A stretch of DNA of 64,000 nucleotides from an uncultured Phycisphaerales bacterium (lineage in GTDB: Bacteria > Planctomycetota > Phycisphaerae > Sedimentisphaerales > Anaerobacaceae): the NCBI GenBank assembly GCA_963718665.1, contig OY970359.1, positions 256,001 through 320,000 of the forward strand. Direction: 5' to 3'. Positions 42,485 through 51,450 of this stretch are shown in pieces. Each line of letters starts with the position of its first letter. The first letter of the stretch is position 1. Under the pieces are notes generated by a model. The model made no database searches, was not told the DNA's origin, and saw only the letters and a program-made list of their open reading frames with translations. A program made the translations under genes and the position numbers.

Positions 42485-43507
42485 ATGGCCGGTATGTTCT
42501 ATTCAATCAAAGAGGTCGCTGAAAAGCTCGGCAAAAGCGAAGATGAGGTTAGGCAGATAGTAAAAAGCGGTCGGCTGCGCGAGTTCCGCGACGGGTCGAA
42601 CCTGCTGTTCAAAGTCGATGAGGTAAATTCACTGCTGTCGGATACGAGTTTTATGGCAGTCAATAAGCCGTCAGATACGCCGGCCCCGACGAAAAGCGAA
42701 GAAGTCGGAGCAGATGAAGTACTGCTTGCGCCGGAAACAGCCGGCCCCCCGGAAAAAGCCGACGAGGAGCTTCAACTGACCGACGCCGATACGCAGATTG
42801 TCGATGATGGTATTAAGGTCCTGGGCGATACCGACTCATTAAGCAAAGAAGGCAGCGATGAGACATTCAAAGGCCTCGATGAAACAGCCGGTTCACCCGG
42901 CAAAGAGGCATCGCTCGAGGAAATCGAAAAAGACGCGAATTTGGATACCTTCGGCAGCGGTTCAGGTCTTCTTGACCTGTCGTTGCAGGCAGATGACACA
43001 TCATTGGGCGGAATACTTGACGAGATTTATACTCCCGGCGGAGAAGGTAAAGCCCCGGCGGCAGGTGAGCCGGCGGCAGATAAGGCGGGTGCGGAAGGTT
43101 CGGCAATGGAAGTAGCAGCCGAAGCGGACCAGATGCTATCCGCAGACCAATTCCACGAAACGCCTATAGCAGCGCCCGCAGCGGCGGCTATGGCGTATGT
43201 CGAGTCGGCTCCTGACGCGATGAGCAACGCACTGGGCGTTATGCTGTTTATACCCATTTTAGCGGTCGTTTACACAATTATTGCGGCGATATCGGCGCTG
43301 AGCAGCGTTACGCCGGATATCGTGAAGATGTCGCAGAGTTTCATCTGGTATATCGCTATCGGTATGGCTGTCGCGTCGATTCTGATAGCCATAGTGGGCA
43401 TGGTAATGAGCGGCGAAAAGAAACCCAAGGCACCGAAAGCACCAAAGCCGCCAAAAGTCAAAAAGGAAAAGCCGCCTAAACCGGTCAAAGAGAAAAAGGC
43501 GAAATAG
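42485..43507 (+). CDS. Excisionase-type HTH domain protein with acidic low-complexity region and 2 C-terminal TM helices
   Basis: FYSIKEVAEKLG...GRLREFRDG, GSGSGLLDLS, Lys/Pro-rich tail. Confidence 0.8.
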   Translation: MAGMFYSIKEVAEKLGKSEDEVRQIVKSGRLREFRDGSNLLFKVDEVNSLLSDTSFMAVNKPSDTPAPTKSEEVGADEVLLAPETAGPPEKADEELQLTDADTQIVDDGIKVLGDTDSLSKEGSDETFKGLDETAGSPGKEASLEEIEKDANLDTFGSGSGLLDLSLQADDTSLGGILDEIYTPGGEGKAPAAGEPAADKAGAEGSAMEVAAEADQMLSADQFHETPIAAPAAAAMAYVESAPDAMSNALGVMLFIPILAVVYTIIAAISALSSVTPDIVKMSQSFIWYIAIGMAVASILIAIVGMVMSGEKKPKAPKAPKPPKVKKEKPPKPVKEKKAK

Positions 43508-43564
43508 TCGATAGTCGTTAGTCGATAGTTGTTAGTCGTTAGTAAATTGTAATTTAGAATTTTG

Positions 43565-43600
43565 AAGCCCTTCGATTTTTTCGGGGGGCTTTTCTTTTTT
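43565..43600. terminator. Terminator-like hairpin between convergent genes
   Basis: AAGCCCTTCGA...TCGGGGGGCTT followed by T residues. Confidence 0.6.
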
Positions 43601-43623
43601 ACCCCGCTGCTCAACAGCGGTTT

Positions 43624-44724
43624 TTAATGTTTCTTAATAAGCTCTAACATTTCTCGGTCGAGCTTGTGGCCCTTATAGTTTTCGTATTGCACATCGGGTC
43701 GGGTGCTGTCTAAAACGCCGAAGTCACCCCGCAGGTTCCACAATGCCTGTCCCCAGCCGACCTCTTTCCAGAGCGAAAGCACGTCTTTCATCCAGGCAAG
43801 CACCACCTTGTGCGGGGTTTTGTTATAGCAGCCCCATTCCCCGACGTGCACGGGCACGCCCATTTTTACAAGAGGCGTCCAGGTGTCAATCAGCATTTTT
43901 TTCAGGACGACCCTGTTCCAGACCTTTCCGTCGTCAGCTTTCATAGGCCAGGTCGGCACGCCGGATGATTCTAACGCGCTCTGCCGCACCCAGTCGGCAT
44001 GGTAATGGGTTACGGTCATAGGCGTATAGCCGCGAGTGCTTTGAACGACGCCGAGGTCGGCGATGCCGAAAATCGGTGTTCTGCCGTAGTTTTGGCCGTC
44101 GGAGACAATCAGCCGGTTCGGGTCTTCTTCCCTTATCGCTTTTGTCAGCGCGGTAACCACCCGCACGTGAGGCGTTTCGTCCGGTGTGTGAGGCGGCTCA
44201 TTAATCAAATCGAAACTGAGCTGCGAGCTCGGTATTCCTTTGTATCTTTTGGCGAACATTTTCCAGTGGAAAATCGCGCCGTCGAGGGCCTTTTGCATAT
44301 TTTCCGGCGTATCTTCGTAAAGGTCCACCGGCTCTTTTTTGCGGTCGTTGACGCAATAGCCGGGGATACGGTGCAAATTGAGGTTGATGTGAACTTTGTA
44401 TTTTTTGCCCAGCTCGACAACCTCGTCTATTTCTTTGATTACCCCCTCGTCAATTTTGAACCAGTCGTCTTTCGACGCCCATCTCCAGTAGGACATCGGT
44501 ATGCGGGCAAAGTCGAATCCCCATTCGGTCATTATCTCGAAATCTTCCTCTTTGAATCTGGCTCTTGGTCCCCATTCGCCGAATTTCTCCAATAGATTAA
44601 AGCCACGGTAGCGGGGAATGGTCAGCTTTGGCTTTTCCGGTTCAGCCGATACGCCGGTTTTTAAACCAACGATAGATGTCGCCGCGATTATGCCGCTTGT
44701 CTTGAGGAAGTCACGTCTGTCCAT
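43624..44724 (-). CDS. Tat-exported GH5 glycoside hydrolase
   Basis: DRRDFLK Tat motif, RGFNL, DLINEP (acid/base), HVGEWG (nucleophile). Confidence 0.9.
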   Translation of the reverse strand: MDRRDFLKTSGIIAATSIVGLKTGVSAEPEKPKLTIPRYRGFNLLEKFGEWGPRARFKEEDFEIMTEWGFDFARIPMSYWRWASKDDWFKIDEGVIKEIDEVVELGKKYKVHINLNLHRIPGYCVNDRKKEPVDLYEDTPENMQKALDGAIFHWKMFAKRYKGIPSSQLSFDLINEPPHTPDETPHVRVVTALTKAIREEDPNRLIVSDGQNYGRTPIFGIADLGVVQSTRGYTPMTVTHYHADWVRQSALESSGVPTWPMKADDGKVWNRVVLKKMLIDTWTPLVKMGVPVHVGEWGCYNKTPHKVVLAWMKDVLSLWKEVGWGQALWNLRGDFGVLDSTRPDVQYENYKGHKLDREMLELIKKH

Positions 44725-44860
44725 ACCCGGTTCTCCATAGCCCATTTCGATTATTTCACCGTCTGCGAACATCCTAACAACCTACCGGATTAAGTCAACC
44801 ACCGCATTACATTTGTAGAGAACACGGAATTTTTAGACACGGATTTCTGTACGCTGAACG

Positions 44861-45460
44861 CTATACGCTGTCCGCTGATTCTGCAAAATTCAATCTCGCA
44901 AACTCCCCATGGTATTTCTTCGCTGCCTCATCATACGCCTTCGCCGCTTCGATTTGGGTCTCGAAACTCCCTAAGTAAATTCTTTTCCCCTGATACCTGA
45001 TTCTCGCCCCCCACTTTTTGATTTCTTTTATAAAATAGAGCCCGATATATTTCGATGCCGTCTTTCCTCTGATTTTTGGCCTGTTATACGTATTCTGTGC
45101 AGGCGTCGCAAATCGCAGATTCGCCCTCCTGTTATCGAGAGAATCCCCGTTTTCGTGGTCAACAAGGGTCCCTTTGGGCGCATCGAGAATTTCCCTGTGC
45201 AAAAACGATGTCTTGACCCGCCCTGCAATGGTTTGTTTGAGGACCCGGACAGCATAGAAACGCTCGTTTTCGCCTGCTGCTGACCACTTCAGATGGCCGA
45301 ATTTATAATAATCCGCCGGCTCAACTATCGTCCACTCCCCTTCGCCCAAATATATCCGCCGATATGTATAGCCGTAACGGAGCAGGCGAAAGGCGAGCAA
45401 TGGACAGGTGAAAATAAAATCGAGCCAAACAGGTATCGTTATTGTTAATTGTGCAGACAT
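44861..45460 (-). CDS. HNH endonuclease + AP2 domain protein (copy 2)
   Basis: LHREIL...VDHENGDSLDNRRANLR...N; SKYIG...YLGSFETQIEAAKAYDEAAKKYHGEFARLNF; RBS GAGGAGG. Confidence 0.9.
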   Translation of the reverse strand: MSAQLTITIPVWLDFIFTCPLLAFRLLRYGYTYRRIYLGEGEWTIVEPADYYKFGHLKWSAAGENERFYAVRVLKQTIAGRVKTSFLHREILDAPKGTLVDHENGDSLDNRRANLRFATPAQNTYNRPKIRGKTASKYIGLYFIKEIKKWGARIRYQGKRIYLGSFETQIEAAKAYDEAAKKYHGEFARLNFAESADSV

Positions 45461-45469
45461 ACTTATTCC

Positions 45470-45918
45470 TCCTCGGAGCGTAGCGCAGATCCCCGCCTGC
45501 CCTCGACTGCTGCTCACTCGGCTTTGCAATCGGGGGAGAACCCGCCCCATTGGTTCCGCAACAGGGGACCCATAAAGAAATTCCAAATCCCACTTTTTAA
45601 ATTTACAATCCGAAATTGGAACTTCTGTTCCTGATGCCTTGCCCTCCCGGGGCGAAATGCTTGCTTGCCTCGGCGTAGCTCCTTGAGCGAAGCCGGGCGC
45701 TCTGCGCTACTACTTTTTCGGAAGACAGACGACAGAAGACAGATTAGCCGTCCTCCGACCTCAGTCATCCGTCCTCAGAACCCAAAGGTTCTCCTATATA
45801 TAAGGTGAAATTTTGGGTGTTTTAAGGAGTTACGAAACATTAATTTTCTGCCCGAAATTGGTAACTCCTTGCAAGACAAGGAATAAAAAAAATTTCAAAA
45901 ATCGTAAAATTTTTTTGG
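45470..45918 (-). repeat. Conserved non-coding leader of the HNH-AP2 element (copy 2)
   Basis: Aligns with 22610-23017; carries a 41-nt insertion at 45495-45535. Confidence 0.85.
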
Positions 45919-46241
45919 CAATATAGGCAATATGTCAATAACAGTTACACAGTATTATTTCCCGGCCTGCCCTGAGCAAGCGTAGCAAGTCGAAGGGATT
46001 TTTTTAGGGCACTTGCGAGACAAACGTTTTAAACAAACATATCGCTTACCTATTTTAACATTTCCCCGTCTCTGGCAGACAGATTTCCACTGCTCACCTG
46101 TTCGACTTTTCTAATATCTCGCGCAGCGTGACGCTGTTTTTAATGTGCCCTTAACGCTGGTTTTTACGCGGAAAATTTGGTTTTGAGTGAACAGTTTTCA
46201 ACTGCTCAACTATCTACTTTCCCGGGAACCTCAAAGAAACG

Positions 46242-47231
46242 TTAGGAAAACCACCCATTTGCATTATCCAAAAACGATCCCCTGTCGCACCAGATGATGC
46301 TGATCTTTAGACTCAGTAGCCATTTTTCTATGTTGGGATTCGGTTTCTTCGGAAGAAGAATCGCTTTATGGGGTTCGCCAAATTTCTCCTTCCCTTGGAA
46401 AGCGTAATCCAGAAGCTGCCCCACCGCCATCCTAATGTGTTCTCGCCGTGCGGAGCTTTTGGCCTCAATTAAGTTTCTCCTCTCTTTTTCATATCCATCA
46501 CATCTAAGTGTTCCATATTTTGCCGCTAAAAGTATTCGATCCTGTTTCTTTATCCAGTCCCGATAACTATCTATCAACTTAGCTTCAACCTTTTTAGCCC
46601 TAGTAATTCTGCTCTTCGTTTGAACCTTGTAGTCGAGTTGATGATTTTCGGGCAGATCAACTAAGTCAGTGTTCGGAGTTGTTATTGTTAGGCTACGTTT
46701 GTGCTCTGTCGTTACGCGATGTTTTTCGCCAGCTTTCATGTTCTTGTTGCCGAGATGGTGTTCCATCCAGTTGCAGACTTTTTTGTGAGCATCGTTTCCT
46801 TCGGGGTGAAGTTGAACCAATGCTTTTGTGTGGCGAAGAACATCGCTGAGTGGTATGCCAGATGGCGGTCGGCTCCACGGTTTAAATGGGAACAGTTTTC
46901 GCAGAGACCCAAACTTCTGACCTTGCGGTGACATGAAACCCTTCATCCTTGTTGCGTATTCGCCGTGAACTATTCCAAAACCAACAATTTCTGGCTCGCC
47001 CTTATGTCGCCTCGCAATCAGTATAACATCGCCGGGTTTTATGCCTCGCTTTGTCACGCCAGCGAACTTGGGACCTATTTGGCCATGACCGTAATCATCT
47101 GGTTCCCATCCCATGAAGACCGCGTGTTCCCGGACTGACGCTTCCCTCCACTCACCAACCGTTGCCTCGTTTATGTTCGGCGACACCACCCAATAAACAG
47201 TCTTTGATTTTGCCTCTTTCTTATTTGCCAT
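46242..47231 (-). CDS. Putative restriction-like nuclease (C-terminal PD-(D/E)xK; N-terminal possible EVE/PUA-like domain)
   Basis: RCDGY...LIEAKS...IRMAVGQLLDY; N-terminal YWVV...IKPGDVILI...IVGFGIV. Confidence 0.6.
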   Translation of the reverse strand: MANKKEAKSKTVYWVVSPNINEATVGEWREASVREHAVFMGWEPDDYGHGQIGPKFAGVTKRGIKPGDVILIARRHKGEPEIVGFGIVHGEYATRMKGFMSPQGQKFGSLRKLFPFKPWSRPPSGIPLSDVLRHTKALVQLHPEGNDAHKKVCNWMEHHLGNKNMKAGEKHRVTTEHKRSLTITTPNTDLVDLPENHQLDYKVQTKSRITRAKKVEAKLIDSYRDWIKKQDRILLAAKYGTLRCDGYEKERRNLIEAKSSARREHIRMAVGQLLDYAFQGKEKFGEPHKAILLPKKPNPNIEKWLLSLKISIIWCDRGSFLDNANGWFS

Positions 47232-47352
47232 AACCAGAAAGCTTAATCCCTGCCCAATAATTTGCAAGCCCCATTGCTGAATTATCTTGTCCTAATTATG
47301 CTTTTAGGGTATATTGCCTTACGTACTTAAGCATAATAGTTGGGCTTCAAAA

Positions 47353-47943
47353 ATGAGTGAGAAACACACAATTCGAAATAGGATTATCATTGGTGTTTCG
47401 ACAGGAATCATCTTAACTATTCTTACAAGTGCATGGCTCACAGGGATGCTGATCATGTTTCTCCACTGGTTGTGGTCGGCTATCAAGTTCATGGGCAATC
47501 TTTTAGTTCACCGAGTTGCGATACCAGTGTGGATTATCGCACTGTTTGGTATTTTAGCGATCTTTCCAATTTTGCATCTTGTGCGTCTCCTCGGAAGGAA
47601 AGAGAATGATTTGTCGGAAGACACTTACACCGAAGACAATCTGTTCGGCGTGGTCTGGAGATGGCGTTATAACTCCAGCGGTATAAATAACCTATGGGCA
47701 TTCTGTCCGCATTGCGACCTCGAACTTGTATATAGCGAGAAAAGATCCGAATATTGTGCGCCTTATCTCCATCCACCTGAGTTTACGGAATTCATATGTG
47801 AAAACTGCAATATAAAATCAGAAAAACTGCTGGGGGACAAATCCCATGCCCTGGGTCAGGTTGAACGAGAAATCCGCCGTCGTCTTCGGACAGGTGAATG
47901 GAAAAAAATTCTAGAAATAGGAAAACCTGCCGACCATGGGTAG
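47353..47943 (+). CDS. Hypothetical membrane protein with Zn-ribbon
   Basis: Hydrophobic N-terminus; FGVVWRW, CPHC...CENC. Confidence 0.7.
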   Translation: MSEKHTIRNRIIIGVSTGIILTILTSAWLTGMLIMFLHWLWSAIKFMGNLLVHRVAIPVWIIALFGILAIFPILHLVRLLGRKENDLSEDTYTEDNLFGVVWRWRYNSSGINNLWAFCPHCDLELVYSEKRSEYCAPYLHPPEFTEFICENCNIKSEKLLGDKSHALGQVEREIRRRLRTGEWKKILEIGKPADHG

Positions 47944-48043
47944 AATTGGAAAACAAAGAAAATTAAAATTATGGCACGATAACGAAAAATAATTGCTGTT
48001 CCCAGTATTACAAGGCACTAATGAGGAAAGGAACATTGGAATT

Positions 48044-48496
48044 ATGCCAAAACGCAAGCCTTACGAAAAAAGAACTGACCTTGAAAAGATTCACTCGCAA
48101 TGGCACAAGCTAACCGGCCTTCACACTCATGAAGAGTGGTCTGCTGCAATTGTCCGAGCAGCGACCGCTGCTGAACTTGCCGCCAACTTCGCTATACGCA
48201 AAGAGTTCGAGAGCAAAAGCAAATTCAACTCGAAGTTTATAGACAGCTTGTTGCGTTGGGGCAACGGGCTTGAAGGAAAGATAAATCGCTTGTTAATTCC
48301 GCTAACTATTGGCGAGAAACACCACAAGATAATAAAGAAGCTCAAAGGTGCTTCAGAACAAATCAATGGCAAACGCAATGCTATTGCTCATCGGGGTGAG
48401 TTTTGCAACGAAGCGGAATCAAAAGCTGCCATCCAACAGTCGAGAAAATTCGTTGAAACTCTGGTACAAATTTACGAACCAAGCTTTGTGCTATAG
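48044..48496 (+). CDS. HEPN-like protein (putative RNase)
   Basis: Helical 150-aa protein with AIVRAATAAE and an RNAIAH (Rx4H) motif. Confidence 0.6.
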   Translation: MPKRKPYEKRTDLEKIHSQWHKLTGLHTHEEWSAAIVRAATAAELAANFAIRKEFESKSKFNSKFIDSLLRWGNGLEGKINRLLIPLTIGEKHHKIIKKLKGASEQINGKRNAIAHRGEFCNEAESKAAIQQSRKFVETLVQIYEPSFVL

Positions 48497-48794
48497 GACA
48501 TAAATCGATGGCCCCCAGCGAACTCCGCATAATCTGTGTCTAAGCAGTCAGCTTTACAAAAGGGCAATAAGCCCTTGTGGATGAAGGCGGGTGGCAAGCA
48601 CACAAACAACGTTTGGAGCATTGCCTCCGCCAAGAACACAAAGCTGACTGTCCTCTGTGCAATCTGTGTCCTCTGTGGCTAAACAAAAAAACAGCGTAAC
48701 CAGCGTAATCAGCGTCTAAAAAAATCCTTTGTGTCTTTGCGCCTTTGTGGTAAAAATCTTTGTAATCAACAGGCACGGAATTCCTGGAGTCAGA

Positions 48795-49931
48795 ATGAAC
48801 GAGTTTGCGCAACAGGGCAATAGTGGACAACAGCCGGCAAAGCATCAAAGGCGGCGCAGATACAGCGGGACGCACCCGAAGCATTTCAATGAAAAATACA
48901 AGGAGCATAATCTCTCGGCCCACCCGGAAATCAAAGAGCATCTGCGGGCCAAAGGCAAAACGCCCGCGGGCACACACGTGCCGGTGCTCGTCGAAGAGGT
49001 AATGGCATGCCTGAATCCAAAGCCCGGCGAAATCGTCGCTGACTGCACCGTTGGTTACGGCGGGCACGCATCCGAATTCCTCAAACGCATCGGGCCAACA
49101 GGAAAACTGATTGCGATAGACGCGGACAACACAGAATTAGAACGCACACGCAATCGGCTAAGCAAAGACAACGCTCCTGTGAGTTTTCATCACAGCAATT
49201 TCGCGGGGTTAGCCAAGGTGCTGAAAAAAGAAGGACTCGCGGGCTGCGATATAATTTTCGCGGATTTGGGCGTTTCGAGTATGCAGATAGATAATCCCGA
49301 ACGAGGGATGAGCTACAAGCACGCCGGATCAATCGATATGCGAATGGACAGCCGATTAAAACAGACCGGCGCGGATTTGCTCAATACGCTTTCCGAAGAA
49401 GAATTGTCGAATGCGTTTTTGGAATTGGCGGATGAGCCGGACCATAAAAAAATCGCGGAGTTTATTGTAAACCAGCGGAAGGTTACGCCGATTACGCAGA
49501 CCGACCAGTTGATACGGATAATTTTCAGCGTAAAGGGCCTGACCGAGAAACTCTGGAAGAAGCAGAATCGGGCAGGATTCGGCAAGCTGCACCCTGCGGC
49601 GCGGACGTTTCAGGCGCTACGCATATTAGTCAATGACGAACTTGGCTCACTGAAAGAATTATTGAGAATCGCGCAATACTGCCTGCGGCCCGGCGGGCGA
49701 ATCGGGATAATAAGTTTTCACAGCGGCGAGGACCGGCTTGTGAAGCGGTGGTTTCGAGACAACGTCCGAGCGGGCATATACCAGACGGCCTCACCTGACG
49801 CGATTGTGCCCAGAACAAAAGAGATTATGTCGAATCCGCGCAGTTCGTCGGCCAAATTCCGCTGGGCGGTAATAAAATCGCAGGAGGATACTATAACCCC
49901 TACCACACCCCCAGGCGGGCCTGGGGGCTAA
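48795..49931 (+). CDS. rsmH: 16S rRNA m4C1402 methyltransferase with N-terminal extension
   Basis: HVPVL, DCTVGYGGHA, DLGVSSMQ, FQALRI, SFHSGEDR, NPRSSSAK. Confidence 0.93.
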   Translation: MNEFAQQGNSGQQPAKHQRRRRYSGTHPKHFNEKYKEHNLSAHPEIKEHLRAKGKTPAGTHVPVLVEEVMACLNPKPGEIVADCTVGYGGHASEFLKRIGPTGKLIAIDADNTELERTRNRLSKDNAPVSFHHSNFAGLAKVLKKEGLAGCDIIFADLGVSSMQIDNPERGMSYKHAGSIDMRMDSRLKQTGADLLNTLSEEELSNAFLELADEPDHKKIAEFIVNQRKVTPITQTDQLIRIIFSVKGLTEKLWKKQNRAGFGKLHPAARTFQALRILVNDELGSLKELLRIAQYCLRPGGRIGIISFHSGEDRLVKRWFRDNVRAGIYQTASPDAIVPRTKEIMSNPRSSSAKFRWAVIKSQEDTITPTTPPGGPGG

Positions 49932-50085
49932 CCGACACGGAATGAGGACGAGAATAACCTGTAAGATTTTGCAATTTTGGTCTTGACGGGCGGAGTGAAA
50001 ACGGTTTTATTTATGTAGAAGTCCCGGAACGCCGGGAGATGATAAAAAGGATTTGTCAGTCAATCGCGCTTGAAAGGATGATAAG

Positions 50086-50865
50086 ATGCGACTCGCCACA
50101 GTTTCAGTAATCAGTATCGTATGTGCTGCAATGATATTTGCCAGCGGCTGCGTTTCCGACCAGCAGTTCAAGGACCTCAAACTGCAGAACGGTGCGCAGG
50201 AAAGACGCATAAAAGAGCTTGAAAGCCAGGTGCAGGCGGCGAACCTGGAGCTTGAGCAGGCCAAGAGGCAAATCGAGGCGCTGGGCGGCAAGGGTAACGT
50301 TGAAATGCAGGCACTGCAGCAGAGAATCGCGGCACTGGAAGAGGATATAGCAAAGAAGAAGGCACTGATTGAGGCAATGCAAAAACAACTGCTTGGCGCG
50401 ACGCAACTGCCCGCGGAACTCAGCTCAATGCTGGAGGACTGGGCAAAGGGAAGCGATTTGGTCAGTTTCGACGCGGCAAGGGGTATTGTAAAATTCAAGA
50501 GCGATTTGCTCTTTGAGAAAGGCAGCGACGAGGTAGCACCATCGGCTTTGGAAGCAGTAAAGGCGCTTTGCGTGATTCTTAATACGGACCAAGCCAAAGA
50601 GTTTGATATCATAATCGCGGGGCATACGGATGACCTGCCGATTTTAAAGCCCGAAACAAAGGCAAAACACCCGAGCAACTGGTATTTGTCGGCACACAGG
50701 GCTATCACGGTTCTGGACGTTATGACGGCTAACGGTATTGCATCGGAACGCGCGAGCATCAGGGGATTCGGCGAATTCAGACCCATCGTGCCAAACGAGC
50801 TAAACAAGAAGGGCAACCCGCAGAACAGGCGAGTTGAGATTTACATCGTCCCAAAGGGCGTGTAA
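50086..50865 (+). CDS. OmpA/MotB-family lipoprotein
   Basis: Lipobox ASGC, coiled coil, GHTD, NWYLSAHRA, NRRVEI. Confidence 0.9.
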   Translation: MRLATVSVISIVCAAMIFASGCVSDQQFKDLKLQNGAQERRIKELESQVQAANLELEQAKRQIEALGGKGNVEMQALQQRIAALEEDIAKKKALIEAMQKQLLGATQLPAELSSMLEDWAKGSDLVSFDAARGIVKFKSDLLFEKGSDEVAPSALEAVKALCVILNTDQAKEFDIIIAGHTDDLPILKPETKAKHPSNWYLSAHRAITVLDVMTANGIASERASIRGFGEFRPIVPNELNKKGNPQNRRVEIYIVPKGV

Positions 50866-50888
50866 CACGATAACGGTCGAAATTCGCA

Positions 50889-51350
50889 ATGGCTGACAGG
50901 ACGCTGATAATTATCAAGCCGGATGGGGTGCAGCGGCATCTTATCGGGGAAATCATAGGGCGATTCGAAAAGAAGGGTCTGAAACTTGTCGCGGCCAAAT
51001 TTTTAAAACCCAACAATACCATCGCGAGCAAACTCTACGCGGTTCATAAAGGCAAACCCTTTTATGATGGGCTGGTAAAATTCCTCTGCTCATCGCCTGT
51101 GCTGGTGATGGTATGGGAAGCCCAGGGGGTAATCGAAATCGCCCGCAGAATGCTCGGTTCGACATTTGGTTATGAGGCAGTACCGGGGACAATTCGCGGC
51201 GATTTGGGCTGTTCGAGGGGCTTCAATCTTGTTCACGGTTCAGACAGCACGCAATCAGCCGATTACGAAATCCCGATATTTTTCCGGCCTGAAGAAATCG
51301 TGAACTACGAATTCGCAGACGAACACTGGCTATACGGCAAAAACGAGTAA
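50889..51350 (+). CDS. ndk: Nucleoside diphosphate kinase
   Basis: IIKPDG, PGTIRGD, NLVHGSD. Confidence 0.97.
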   Translation: MADRTLIIIKPDGVQRHLIGEIIGRFEKKGLKLVAAKFLKPNNTIASKLYAVHKGKPFYDGLVKFLCSSPVLVMVWEAQGVIEIARRMLGSTFGYEAVPGTIRGDLGCSRGFNLVHGSDSTQSADYEIPIFFRPEEIVNYEFADEHWLYGKNE

Positions 51351-51373
51351 AACCGAACCGGTCTTCGCAAAAT

Positions 51374-51411
51374 TAAAGGCCGTCGTCTTCGCAAGGAAAC
51401 GACGGCCTTTA
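51374..51411. terminator. Bidirectional terminator
   Basis: TAAAGGCCGTCGT...ACGACGGCCTTTA between convergent genes. Confidence 0.8.
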
Positions 51412-51450
51412 AAATTTAAAACTCAACAATATATTTACAAGTTCAGTTTT

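Noticed and set aside
42485..42640. Excisionase-type HTH as a sign of a mobile element
   Set aside because: It is fused to an acidic/TM body in a housekeeping context, and no integrase is nearby
46149..46248. attC-like site (CCTAAC...GTTAAGG) after the nuclease gene
   Set aside because: L-box pairing is poor, there is no integron integrase, and the neighbouring genes are divergent
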